DNA of 64,000 nucleotides, taken from contig JBHGNT010000005.1 in NCBI GenBank assembly GCA_043228905.1, positions 1,178,001-1,242,000 on the forward strand. The letters are read 5' to 3'. Positions 1 to 12,506 of the stretch are shown here, in pieces. The first letter of the stretch is position 1. Every line of letters starts with the position of its first letter. A model generated the notes under the pieces. The model searched no databases. It was not told the origin of the DNA and saw only the letters and a list, made by a program, of their open reading frames with translations. The position numbers were made by a program, and so were the translations under genes. Source of the stretch: Azolla caroliniana (lineage: Eukaryota; Plantae; Polypodiophyta).

Positions 1-1683
1 TATGTAAATGTGAAATTAGTTACTCTCTACAGAATCTTGATTTTCAAAAAGAAATTTACGCTGACATTTGTACAACTGACTGATGCATCAAATTATTTTC
101 ATAGAAATGGGAGAGCCACAACTGTGAGAATATAGCGTCCTGTCATATTTCAAACATTTAATCTTTAGCATGGAGTTGTATAATATAGAAAGAAAGAAAA
201 TTCATAATGGTCCATAAGAATGACAAATATTATCTCATCAAAATGAGTAACAGAAGCTAAATGTGTTTTTAATCTAACTTCCTAAATATGAAAGGCTTAA
301 ATATCTGTAGGCATTTGTAACTGGTGGTGATTAGCACATGTGCCTGATCTCCACAGATGACTATAATTTTTTGCAAAAGAGAGTTAATGAGTAGTGTGTA
401 ATCTAAGACATCATGATCGCTATTTTCCTCTATGGTTCAGTTGCACTACTACCATTATGGGTAGTAAAAATTAAGAAAAGTTTGACTCATTGTGGCCACA
501 TATGCTTGCAATTGACGTTCAACATTGAAAATAGTACTCCATTCATTTTAGATCTACAAATATAGTTAAGCATACTTACATAGGTGTATGTGAATATGTA
601 TATGGCCTCAATGGCTGCATCGTTGTTCTTGCTGCCCTCTAAGATAGAAGCTTGTTGGGTGTGTAAAGTCAAGAGATACCTTTGTTGTTCTCTGTATGTG
701 TGGATCTCAGTGTTATATGTCATCAATGAGTGTTTCACCTGATGTAGCATTTGTGGCATACCCTCTTGTTTTTTTCTAGAACTCATTAAACCATTAGAGA
801 GTGAAATAATTGAAGACTGACCACTATTTGGAGACCGTTCACATGTTGAAAGTTTGTGCGCTGGAGGAAAGAAAAAAAACCCAACTTGATACTTGGTGTT
901 CATTCAGGTCTTTTCTTGAATCTTACTCAACACAAAGAGGTGATTCATACTTTGAAGAGTCTGATTGGGAAGGGAGAACAATAATTGTTATTTCCAGTAA
1001 AATTCCATTATTCAAGATGATGTTAACAATTAGGGGGCTTCTACATATTCGATGTCTACTATTGTTTTATCTCATAAGTAATCACCAACTGGCATCTGAA
1101 TATGTTAGTAGACTTTATTTTTCTGTAGATAGTTCATGTCCAGAATGCACCTGATTCCAATATCCAAAAATCAAAATATCTTCTTGATTTGGTGATCATC
1201 CACCTGTGTATCAAGTTTAACTTTCAAAAAGTTCTAGAAAGTTTCTTTTCGGGCCAGAAGTGATGCTCAATAGATTTTAAATAACTGCCACTAATGACGC
1301 ACTCTTTTGAAAGAAGTCATACGGATGATGTGTTTGAAAAGTATTTTTGTTTCTAATTTCTTTCTTTTATATAATATTGAAGATTTAATTATGACAATCT
1401 TGATGTTCTATACCCTTCAGCTTTATTTAGTATGTTCTGGATTGAAGCGTGTTTTCATACTGTGTTTTCTATATTGCTAATGTGCTTGTTTCTAGTGAGT
1501 TTTCCAATTTGATACTCTGTAGGATAGGAAATCACATCAAGTCCATATGACTGGAAATTTATTTAGTTCTCTTCAACAATGTAGTTAATTGTATGTTTTC
1601 TTCTTGATGAAATGAGGCTTTTAATTTTCGTCTTTCTTTTGCATGCACATTTTCTGACACTCAGAGGATTATACCTTTTGTAG

Positions 1684-3982
1684 GGACATTAAATGTGCCA
1701 ATGTTCTTGTAGACCAAGATGGGGTCGTGAAGCTGGCAGATTTCGGCATGGCAAAACTTGTAATACCTCTACTCATGTTTGATGAAATTGTAATTTTTTT
1801 ATGTCCTGTTACTTTTTGCTTCTGATTTTGCTCTATTGCCAATTGGAGCGCATAGGGAATTACTGTTGTTTGTATCTGAGTTAGCACTTATGTTGGTTCA
1901 TATTCTCTATCTCTTTCTACCCATGTTTTATTAATTGGGTTTTATTTCCATGTTACTTTCGATTGTTGATTTTGCTCAGATGGAGCTTGTAGTGGCTCAC
2001 TAGTGTTTGCATCTCAACAAACATTATACCCCAGTTCTTAGTTTATTGCTTGGTTACTAAGAAGTTTCGAAGTTTGTATATTTGATGTGTAACCTGATAG
2101 TTGTATTTAAGATCTGCATTATTTGTTAAGCTTAATATCCTATCCTTGCAGATTGGTAATGAGAAAGCTCAACTTTCATTCAAGGGAAGTCCTTATTGGA
2201 TGGCACCGGAGGTGACACATACATTCAATCATAATATTTTGTAACATATTTCAAAGCCACTTTTTCCTATTCATTTAATGTATTTTTTTTTTTGCATTCT
2301 ATATATAGGTTATCCAACAAAACAATGCAGGTTTTGAAGTTGCTGTAGATATATGGAGTCTCGGTTGCACAGTCATAGAGATGGCCACTGGCAAGCCTCC
2401 ATGGTTCCAATATGAAGGAGTGAGTTTATAGCTTTCATGTAGTCATATTCACCAAATAATGATTCAAGAAAAGTAACTCTTTATTTCTAACTTTTCCTAT
2501 ACATATAGATAGATCTATGTATTGTTACACCTACATTATAATATTCGAGACACTGCTTTTTAGGCAACCTATGGATTATACACCATAATGATATCATATG
2601 GTTTTCTTTGGTCCAGTATGCGGCAATGTTCAAGGTGATCAATTGCCATGATGTGCCAATCCCTGACACATTATCACCTATTGGACGTGAATTCATACGA
2701 CTGTGTCTGCAAAGAGACCCAGCAAAACGCCCATCAGCATCTACATTACTATGTCACCCCTTTGTTCAGCTGGATCGATTTATGCCATCCAATAGAATTT
2801 CACTCTCAGAGGTCCATACCATTTTGGCCAAAGAAAAAAACCTTGATGGCCTAAAAATTGATGATAATGCAAGTAACAAAAGTAATTTATGCATGTTCTT
2901 TTTTATCTCATTCCCAACTAGTGATTTTGAATATAGGCTGTGGTCGAGAGAATGACACGAAGGGAATATACCACTTCTGATATTGATCATGATCGAGTGA
3001 CTATACAACCTACATTGAGGTTAGTAGACTTGTTAGTACAAGATACATATGTATATAGTTTTGTTTTGTATGTTTTAAATGAAACCGGAGCTTGCGTTGA
3101 TTGGAGATACAGCCATGAGTCATGTCTACATATACTTAAAAAACAGGCCTGTATTAACTGTTTCAAAATTGTGAGGTGGCATCCTTCGAACAGATGTATA
3201 GGACAGCCATGAACGAACACACACAAAGATGTGTGTTACTTAAAACAGCCTTGACATATATATATGTATATATATATATCCAAACACCCCAAACTTTCCT
3301 TGGTTTTCAGAAATATCCTCACTTGGTTCTCTGAAAAATCACTAGAGCATTGATATCCAAAATTTTAGGAGCATTGGTTTGGTGTTCTATTTCATCTATA
3401 CATTTTGGTTTTGTACTTCCCCAATATGTAGAACCATGTATATACACACATGTATATGTTGATAGATCACAGTAATATTTATGTTAGATCATATTAAGCT
3501 GGTATAAGATCTTCTATGAATTTTTAATGTTTTGTATGAAATATGGTTTGCCGCAAGTAGATAGGGCTGTTTGGAGATGGTTCCATGTTTCCTATTTGTT
3601 GTGCCTCCTTTGACATTTCTTCCTCCATATCATTTGGTTGAATGTGGTCTAATATATGCTTGCTTGTAGTGATCCTGCTATTGGATCAACAACACACATG
3701 AAGCGAAGGGCAGGGCATGTCTCCCCACAACCATCTTTCCAAGCTCTGATGCATGTGTCACAGTCAGTTCCTTTGCACTCTAATATCCCGAATTCCCAAC
3801 TCGTCCCCGAAAATCGTGTCCCTATTTCAAGCAAGAGGTTCATTGGCAAATATGAACCAAATATTGCAAAGATGAGGCTTGTTGACCACCATGAGAATCA
3901 ATCCAGAGAAATATCAAGAACAGCTACACCTATTTCAAGCAAGAGGTTCACTAATAAATATGAGCCAAATACTAGATTTTAG
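1684..3982 (+). CDS. MEKK-type MAP kinase kinase kinase (MAPKKK3/YODA-like), 3' part; 5' exons not identified, probably upstream of the window
   Basis: Exons 1684-1759 ([26 protein letters not shown]), 2152-2211 ([13 protein letters not shown]), 2309-2419 ([21 protein letters not shown]), 2617-~2811 or 2868 (AAMFKV...[21 protein letters not shown]), 2937-3019 and 3670-3982 (stop). Kinase subdomains VIb-XI are present with phase-compatible splice sites. [11 protein letters not shown] is the MEKK subfamily signature. The donor of the fourth exon is uncertain. Confidence 0.9.
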
Positions 3983-5416
3983 ACCCCAAAGGTATGTACA
4001 GATGTGTACAGTTAATGAACGGCCAAAGGCGTAATTAAATTTGTACAATTTTTGTGGATTATTAGCATGATCAGAGGGACACTTTGTATTCTTGTTAAGG
4101 GTTAGTGGGATGCTTCTACTTGCTCTTAGTTGTTGCATATGCTACTTTTGAATACTGCCTCTTAGAATTTTTAGGGCACATAGAAAATCAGATTATTTTT
4201 TTCTTGTACATTGTTTGCACAACCTTGTTTTCTATAAAGGAAAAGGAAAAAAAGGACTTCATATATGTAATTTATACAACTTCGTGGGCATGCCTAATCT
4301 ACATCAGCAAAGAGTTTTTAGATTAGTTTTTGATCAATTGATGTTGAAAGGAGATATTGAACATATCCATAGGTTGAAATTGAAAGTTGAGCTGGTATCA
4401 GGAGTTTACTATTCAATTTTGAAATAAAGATAACCCATACTATTCAAGTTTACTAGTCTTATTGGCTGACCATCTTGCATTGATTTTTGTTTTTGATATG
4501 CATACATTGACAACAACGAGTAGCATTGTTTGAATGCTTACCTAGATATATATGAATCTACTTTTTTGAAACATATAATTCAGCAACTCAATTTCTCAAT
4601 TTGAGTCAGATTCTCATTTATTAGTCCACAGATCTTTATATATTGACCTTGGAAGATATCATCTATAATTCAAAAGTTGATTTGCCAAAGTAAATCTGGT
4701 GTTTTGAAGTTCTTTACAAAATCCATGCCATGTACTAATACGTTCTCCTCAATACCCTGAGAAGTGGATGTATTGGTCGTATCATCTGGACTTGTAGGCA
4801 TTTGATGTGAATGTAGCAAGACTTCAAGTATTATCTTCTTGTTAGAAATGGATCCATAGGTTTATGTGATACAATGTTATGGAAATAAGTACTTGAAAAG
4901 TTTACTCAGTGTGACAAGTGAATCCACATAAAGAACGTAGTGTTGTGAATTTGTCATCCATGAAATAGAATAATCAAGTTGAAAAATTTACCCCATGAAA
5001 GATGTGGTGTGACTAAGTAGTTTCCTAGCATTGGCACATGCATGAGCCTGAAACCAAGATCTGAAGGTTATGTTTGTGATGTGTGAGTGAGAGTTATTTT
5101 CGCCATATTTTTCCTTCATTTGGGGTTTCGTAGTTTGCACTAATAATATCATATCCTTTAGTAGACATAATCATAGCCATTTGTAGGGGAATGAGCATTC
5201 TTCATTACACGAAAAGAGAGATACAAATTGGAGACGAGGTAGGGAGCCGCTTATGCAGCTCTCCGTTTCATAGGGATGAAAAACTAGTCGGAATGATGAA
5301 CTAATTAATGCTTAGGAGTTATTCGACTTGATGCAAAGGTGACTTCAAAACATGACCAGCCATAAAAAAGAGAGGGTGAAGCAAACAAGGGGGTTTCATG
5401 AGTGGCATATTGAATG

Positions 5417-6872
5417 TCAATTGGGAGCAGAGCATCTCTTCCGAATGACTCCCTGATTGCCAGTGAGCACGCCTAGTTGGCTCATCTTGACCATGGAGAT
5501 GCTGAATTGTTGGAAGAACTGGGCCTGATTTTGGGCGTACAGTTGAACGAGTTGCATGGTGTCAGTGGCATTCAAGAGCTCGGCATCGGTGTGAAAGATG
5601 GCCCTCTTGGCCAATATGTTCTGGAAATAGGCATTGTCGAACAGATCCTCGGTGATGAAGTCTAGGTGGACGGTTTGGCGTTGCTTGGCCGGACTGTTGG
5701 CGGGCAGGCAAATTCGAGATAGATTGGCAGCGAAGGCCGGGTTTAGGTCCGGCGACACGATAGGTGTGATTTGTGGATCCACAATCCGGCAATGAGCGCG
5801 GCCGATCGTGTGTGCTCCTGGAACAAAATTGGTAGTAAACATATAAATTTAAGGTCTCAGTAGGTAAAGAATTTTGCAGGGGGTTTGATTGTGTAGGGGT
5901 ATAGCTCGCGACAGAAACACATTTTGCGGGGCATGGATTTACCGGAGAGGGACACGAGGTCTCGGCTATCCAATCCGTGATTCTGGAAGTTCTGTTTCAA
6001 TGCAGTGATGCTGAATGTTGGGGGAGGAATATTATTGATTACCGTCTGATTTGTTGCGGCAGAGAGGCTATCTCGACGCCCAGTTGCGATCGGGATATTT
6101 GGCCCTCCAACCTGCAGAGATTAGATGGGAAGACATGGATGGACAGGACATATCATATCACTAATGGGTACATGACACACACACACACAAAAAAGGCATA
6201 GCTTTTTTTGTTTTTTGTTATAGAAAAAGAAGAACCCGGAGCATATATGTACCAAACGAACTGCAATGGCTGTCGATAGGGCTATGGTATCCGCGCAAGA
6301 CACGACCCCGGGGCACACTTGTTCCAAGGAAGCCTTGATGTTGTCGAGAAGTTGGACGGACGAAATGCGGATGGACTGGTTGTTCGGAGTCGCGGTGAGT
6401 TCGGTGGTGGGCCGGAGGAGTAGAATGGACGCATCACAACCCTATTATGATGGGTATCAAAACCAAATTATGTCCAAGTTGTTTAGATTCTAAATGGACG
6501 TGGTATAACCATCCCTCCCGCAGTTGTATGAGAATTGATTGTAAATACCTGGACAAAACAATCGTGAAACATAATGCGAAGGATGCCAGCAGCTTGGCCC
6601 GGGTTGTTTCGAATGATGGGTGCAAGTTGGTTTTGGATGACATTAAAGACTTGTGGGCAAGAAGTGCTATAGAAATTTGGGGACATCCCTACAGGTGTTG
6701 GCACATTATTAACATTGGGTGTAGGATAACTAGAAATCGTGGGAGGTTTGGTGTTTGGATTCGGCGTGGATGTGACGGGCCTAAATTGAGCGTTCGACTT
6801 AATGACACTCAAATCGAGCCACATTAACATGCACATGATCAAATGTAGCTGCACCGCAATCCTCTTATTCAT
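5417..6872 (-). CDS. Class III secretory peroxidase, copy A (~360 aa)
   Basis: Exons 6872-6549, 6441-6253 (189 nt), 6111-5943 (169 nt), 5817-5417, the canonical 4-exon class III layout. Motifs LRIMFHDCFVQGCDAS (distal Arg/His), CPGVVSCAD, GRRD, LSGAHTIG (proximal His) and FDNAYF; all 8 Cys; N-terminal hydrophobic signal. An upstream in-frame ATG lies at 6923. Confidence 0.96.
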
Positions 6873-7148
6873 TTGTACATCATGGTGGAAGGAACGTTTG
6901 TTGGATAAGTTTGTTGCTGCCATGATGATGTGGAACTTGCCTGGTAGCTGCAATATAAAATCATAAATTAACGTTTATATGCATCATGTTAAAACCTACT
7001 GGATGGATGATGGGGTCTAATTATGATTAGGCATCTTAATTACCTTTTTAGGATGAAGCTTGATTTATGACAAAAAACTGATGCCTAGAGACCTAAAGGA
7101 TTAGTTGAAGACTGATGGGTAGGGTGAGCTGAACTTGACACTTACAAA

Positions 7149-7158
7149 CTATATATAG
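7149..7158 (-). promoter_or_regulatory. Putative TATA box of peroxidase copy A
   Basis: CTATATATAG ~280 bp upstream of the ATG. A TATATATA occurs at a similar distance upstream of copy B (~13606-13614). Confidence 0.4.
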
Positions 7159-8997
7159 GCGGGTGTGTGAATGTTTTTGTAATACCTATCCCAATATATT
7201 CTATCTTTCTTTAGGTTATCATTTCTTAACTACTCTCACTAGATGAGTGAGTGAGTGTGGTTGTGGAATAGCTTACAAGGGCCTTTTCTTATACTTTTCG
7301 GATCTTTTTGGTCTCTCCTTAGCTACCATCATTACCCAAAGTAAGTGATCACATAATGTATCTACGTGCTACCCATGCTAAATGTTATAGAATGGCACCA
7401 TTCTTGTAGTATGTTTATATACGCTCTGCATAATATTACTTGACTGATGCTATTTACCTAAGGCAAACACAGGATAATGATTCAGCTCTCATAAAAACAG
7501 TTGGAAGAGAAGAGCAAATGATCTCTAAGAGAGAATAATAATTGAATGAGAACACGTATTGAGCAGATTTGAACTCACACCTTTCGAACGGGCACACTAA
7601 TTGGTCCGCTGTTTAAAACTCATTTTTACTAAATGTTTTCATCAATAATTGAATTGACACTCTGCGCTCATCCGGTGAACCATTGAAGCCCATGTTTTGT
7701 TTGTGGATAGTTTTCTTCGTGCATGTAGTAGAGTAATTTCGTTGAAATTCATAAAACCCTTCTTTGCATTGGCACATAATTTCTAGAAATGTTTTTAGCG
7801 AACAGGCACTGATTTCTCAAACATTCAATATATATTTAGTACTATATGGTTGAGTAAAGCAATGTGGCAATTTCCAATAAGAATTGACACAAATTCACCT
7901 AGCATTTCTAGTAAGCGAGAGCAACTTTGTCCATAACACTCCTACCGTCTACGTAAGGGTCAAATGCAAAGCAAATATGGCAATGAAAAAAAGGTTACTT
8001 CCAGTTGGCAAGGTTTAAAAAGCCGACACTTATTTCAAAGACATGTTATGTTAACTCTGGGTGATGAAGAGTAATTGTCCACATACTTCCATTCCACTCA
8101 TAGGTAATTGTCCACAAAGCAAGGTCGTGGCACATTAAAGATGTTTACGGCCAGTCCCATTAAAGTTGTTGGACTGCTAGCATCTACTTGCATTTGCAGA
8201 AAGCCCATCATAAAACGAAATGACCATACATTATGTGGGAATCATGGGTTCTTATTGAAGAAGCATCTTGCCCTACAAATATTTCCCCCATCGAAGTGTT
8301 AATACTCTTATAGCTTAAGTAGGTAAGACAATCATATTCTATCATCAACCAAAAACCCTTGCATCTAGCAAGGCAATTTCCCATTTAAAAAGTCCTTATT
8401 TTCGCTCGATCAAAACTATGCACAAGTGTTTATACACATTGATATACATGATTTCTTTGGTTACTTGAAACCAAACTAATACAACTGAAATTGTCTAATG
8501 CATAATCTTTAGTACCATTGAGATAATAATCCTAAAATTTCAATTTCCTATACTCACCAAACAAAACCAGTAGAATTAATCAGAGTGTTCAGCAATCGCC
8601 ATAGACTTAACTTGAGTAGGTTGTATTCATTTGGGCCATTTAACCTATAGCAAATCTTGGCTGTATTCATACACATTGGTATACATATTTTGTTTGATTT
8701 TCTAGAAATCGAACTAATGGAAGTTATATTATTTGACCCATATTCTTAGTATTATTAATGCAACATTCATTGAATATATAAATTTCTATTATTAAACAAA
8801 AATTAATAGCATAAGTAGGAGAATGTTGTTTGCATAACATATCACTGCTAAATACGAGAATGTGACAACCAGAAATCATTAATCCAATCATGGTTCATGT
8901 ACAATTTTTGTGCTTGGTAACCAAAGAAAATATTCTGATTAAGAATATTAAGAGATTTTAACTCCGAAAGTTCACTTGTGGGTATGTTATGTCCACA

Positions 8998-9808
8998 TCA
9001 CTTCTCAAGATTTTGGTTCTGGGATGATTTATAGATTCGATATGCAGCTAGCCACATGGTGAAATTGCCTAGGAATGTCAAGCCAGCTTGTAGAACCACC
9101 AAGATCTACAAACAAAACACACATATATAAGAGTAAACAGCATTGGCGTCAATAAGCTTGGGTAAAACTAACAGAACAAATTTGAAGCATTAAGAAAACA
9201 CCTCGAGGGAAGGAGCATTATAGAAGAAATGCCATGTACATGCACACATTGCACCGCCCAATAAAGGAACCTTGAGCATCATCCAGGTAAAAACAAAACC
9301 AAACAAAAAATTAGCAAAGAAAAATAGTTGGTTAATACTGAAGTGTTGGCTATGGAAATAATTAGAAAACTGGGATTGAGTATTTTGATTCAAAGAGAAA
9401 AAACACCAAAATAACCCTCAGAACCCATTTTACGAGGGGATAAACAGTGCAAGATTTTAACATCTCTAACAGATTGTGGTATGTAATTTACAGGGGGATA
9501 AACAAGGTTTTACCATCACAAACCATAGGAGTATATGGTTAATGTTGATATCGTAAGAACTTTGGAGAATTGTCATAGTGCTTGGGTGATATTTGGAGAC
9601 CATCCCCAACGAAGAACCTCAGGTAAGGATACAAGGTTTTATGCCCCTAGGTTAGAAGTCATATATGTATATAGTATATACATACATACAATTGCTCAAT
9701 TGCTAAGTTTGCCCAATGGAGACCAGGAGCTCATAGGTTCAACCCAAGACCTTGGGCTAGTAGTGTAACCAACTTGCTATTAACTACTAGGGTAAGGTAA
9801 TTACGATA

Positions 9809-9884
<76 letters not shown>

Positions 9885-10011
9885 CCATCCCCCACGAGAG
9901 GCCTTTCCACGCAGCATTTCCAGGTGTATCACCATACTCCCACACCAATGCCATAGCTATGACCCTGCTAGGACAGGGACAGAGATTATTATCAGAACGT
10001 TCACAACAACG

Positions 10012-10047
<36 letters not shown>

Positions 10048-10751
10048 ATTTGCAGGGGCCCAACATGATCCATGGGACCAAACCATCAGCGACAGAGCAT
10101 GTACTTGTTTACTTAGATTTCTTCAAATCTATATATATCAATTAACGTCTATATGACACATATTGGAGGTTATATGTAGTAATATGTGAGTGTGTCAATG
10201 TGTGTGTACAACTAATAACAAATAAGATAGAACAGAGCAAGTTATTGCATAGATCTTCTGATGACAAAAACATATTTTTCTTGTTCTTAGTATGTGTATG
10301 TGAATATGTATATGTATCTATGTAGAGATTATATGCATGTATGTATAAAATACCATTCAACAACGCTCGCGACATGAATGGACCATGTTGGGAGGGATAG
10401 AGCATTGGGCGGTTCTCTAGACATCCAATCCTCGATCACAGAAGAAGCAACCTCTGCAGAGAAAGAAACAGAAGCAGAAGCCGAATTATGAGATGATGAT
10501 GCCAAAGTGAAGAGACAACATGCCGCTGCAGTGATTGGTAGAGAAACATTTGATAATCTCCTCCTGTATTCTGTGTACGTAGAATCTGAACAATCTGTCG
10601 ACGAAGGAGGAGGAAGAGCAGGAGGGATGATTTCAGTGCGTCGATGTGCAGAGGAAGAAACCCTAGAAGATGATGATGATGATGATGATGATGATGAAAG
10701 AGCAGAGAAAACCCGAGAACAAAATGGTGCTGAAGTTAACAAATACGCCAT
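8998..10751 (-). CDS. Ycf49-like protein (DUF2499), plastid-targeted membrane protein, 217 aa
   Basis: Exons 10751-10354, 9964-9886, 9270-9202 and 9105-8998 join in frame (654 nt). A Ser-rich transit-peptide-like N-terminus is followed by ALSLPTWSIHVASVVEW|VIAMALVWEYG...WKGLSWGM|VPLLGGAMCACTWHFFYN..LE|ILVVLQAGLTFLGNFTMWLAAYRI, the Ycf49 family pattern. Confidence 0.93.
9690..9808 (+). mobile_element. Internally deleted copy of the tRNA-derived SINE-like element, in intron 2 of the Ycf49-like gene
   Basis: TTGCCCAATGGAGACCAGG...GGTTCAACCC and ...ACTAGGGTAAGGTAATTAC match the head and tail of the copies at 48.7-49.2 kb. It is followed by a (TCTA)n(TA)n(GA)n microsatellite. Confidence 0.75.
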
Positions 10752-10775
10752 GAAATCTGTGCGCTGAAGTGGCAC

Positions 10776-11029
10776 TGCTCGCACGGTATACGTATATGTA
10801 TATGTATTTAGAGAAATAGCCCTACATGTAATTGTGGTTTCCTTTGTGTGTACAGTGTGTGTAAGCCCATTTGAGGTAATGCTTAAGAGAGAGAGAGAGA
10901 GAGAGAGAGCTCGCACGGTATATGTAATCGTGGTTTCCTTTGTGTGTGTGTGTAAGCCCATTTGAGGTAATGCTTAAGAGAGAGAGAGAGAGAGAGAGAG
11001 CTTGCACGGTATATGTAATCGTGGTTTCC

Positions 11030-11070
<41 letters not shown>

Positions 11071-11142
11071 GCCCATTTGAGGTAATGCTTAAGAGAGAGA
11101 GAGAGAGAGAGAGCTTGCACGGTATATGTAATCGTGGTTTCC

Positions 11143-11175
<33 letters not shown>
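10776..11175. repeat. Compound minisatellite: constant block - (GT)n - constant block - (GA)n, ~3.5 units
   Basis: GCACGGTATATGTAATCGTGGTTTCCTTT-(GT)n-AAGCCCATTTGAGGTAATGCTTAA-(GA)n is repeated with variable microsatellite lengths, immediately upstream of the Ycf49-like ATG. Confidence 0.92.
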
Positions 11176-12506
11176 TATGCGTACATATGCCCATGTGTGT
11201 ATATTTATGCTTGCTTATAAGTTATACATATGTTTTATCATGTGAAGTTCACACAATGGATCATGTTGAAACCAAAATGGTTGATCATATTTCCCAATCA
11301 AATGGTGTCCAAGTATAGGCAATCGGATTTTTTGAAATCTAGGTAAGTTTCTTTGCATCTCACCACTCTATAACTTTTGATTGATGATTGCCACAATACT
11401 GAGACCTCCTACTTCTACACGATGGTTGTCAATCAGAATTTAGACCTCAAAACGTCGTGTATATTTTCATATGACAGTTTTTGTTGAGGTTTTGGCCTCA
11501 ACATGATGGTTTGTAGTGGCTTGTACATGATGGTTCGGAGTTAGTATATACAGCTCAACAAGGTCATTGGGTGTATATAAACATGGTGATTTCTGCGTAA
11601 TGGGATCTATTTAAAGGCTCCACACAATGGTTTCTATTACCGACACAATCGTTCAGCCCGACAAGCGTGAGTGGTGAATTTGTGTGTTTTTCTATGTTGA
11701 AACCTTGCAATGTAGAAATAGGTGGTTTCCTTTGAGGAGAGAAGATTTGAACCTGTGTGATCTGTTGTTTGAACCCATTCTCGAGTTGACTGAGTTTTTT
11801 TGCCGAACTCGTCCATAATTTTTTATGGATGAGAGAGACAAAACTGAACTGGAATTTAATTTAAATGGTGGGCATCTTGCGCCTTCTTTTTCTCTGATGC
11901 AAAATGTAAGATTTCCAACGGATTTTGCTACTCCCACTTTCCGCTACTCCAGCTTGTCGCCTTGGGATGTACGAAAACACAGTGAATTCATTAATTGTTG
12001 ATTCACCTCTGCAAGTTAGGCAGGGGGCATGGCCTCCTGCACCAGCATGTGAAAAAGAATTCGTGGTTTCTTTTTCTAATTCGGAGAGGTTAGAGTTTCA
12101 AGCCCGTCCTAGATAGATTATCAAAGGATGTTGAGATTATATCAACGAAGTCATAATCCATAGAGGATTGAGGATTCTCCAAAATAAATCTGCCTTGGAT
12201 GCTGATAATTGGAACAATTGGATAGATTCTTTTCCCAAGCTTGTTGATTCATAGAATTCACATAAAGATTTGGCATAGCATGACACTTTGAACAATGCAT
12301 TTTAACTATCATCGACAAAAACTATACTAGTTTCTTCTGTTTTCAAAAATAAATCATCGAGGAAAGAAAATATGGTCATAAGATGGACTAGGAAATTCTA
12401 TGTAGTTAGGACTTTTTGGACATGGACATCATCCCAAGAGTTGGGTTTTTCACCCATTAAAGCAATTCATGAGCTAGGCTCAAAACGTCATGAAATGGTT
12501 CGGTCC

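Noticed and set aside
487-1154. ORFs of 138 and 114 aa at the window start
   Set aside because: No kinase or other recognisable motifs. Probably decayed repeat sequence inside a MAPKKK intron.
7560-7610. tRNA-Leu-like fragment on the minus strand (TTCGAAAGGTGTGAGTTCAAATC)
   Set aside because: Only a variable-arm/T-arm-like piece, with no A-box or acceptor stem; too short to call.
10507-10767. Poly-Asp ORF on the + strand, and the HT/SL/VC-repeat ORFs at 10.8-11.3 kb
   Set aside because: These are the antisense shadow of the Ser-rich Ycf49-like transit peptide and translations of microsatellites.
10776-11175. CRISPR-like look of constant blocks with variable spacers
   Set aside because: The variable parts are dinucleotide microsatellites, not unique spacers. 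The context is eukaryotic and there are no cas genes.
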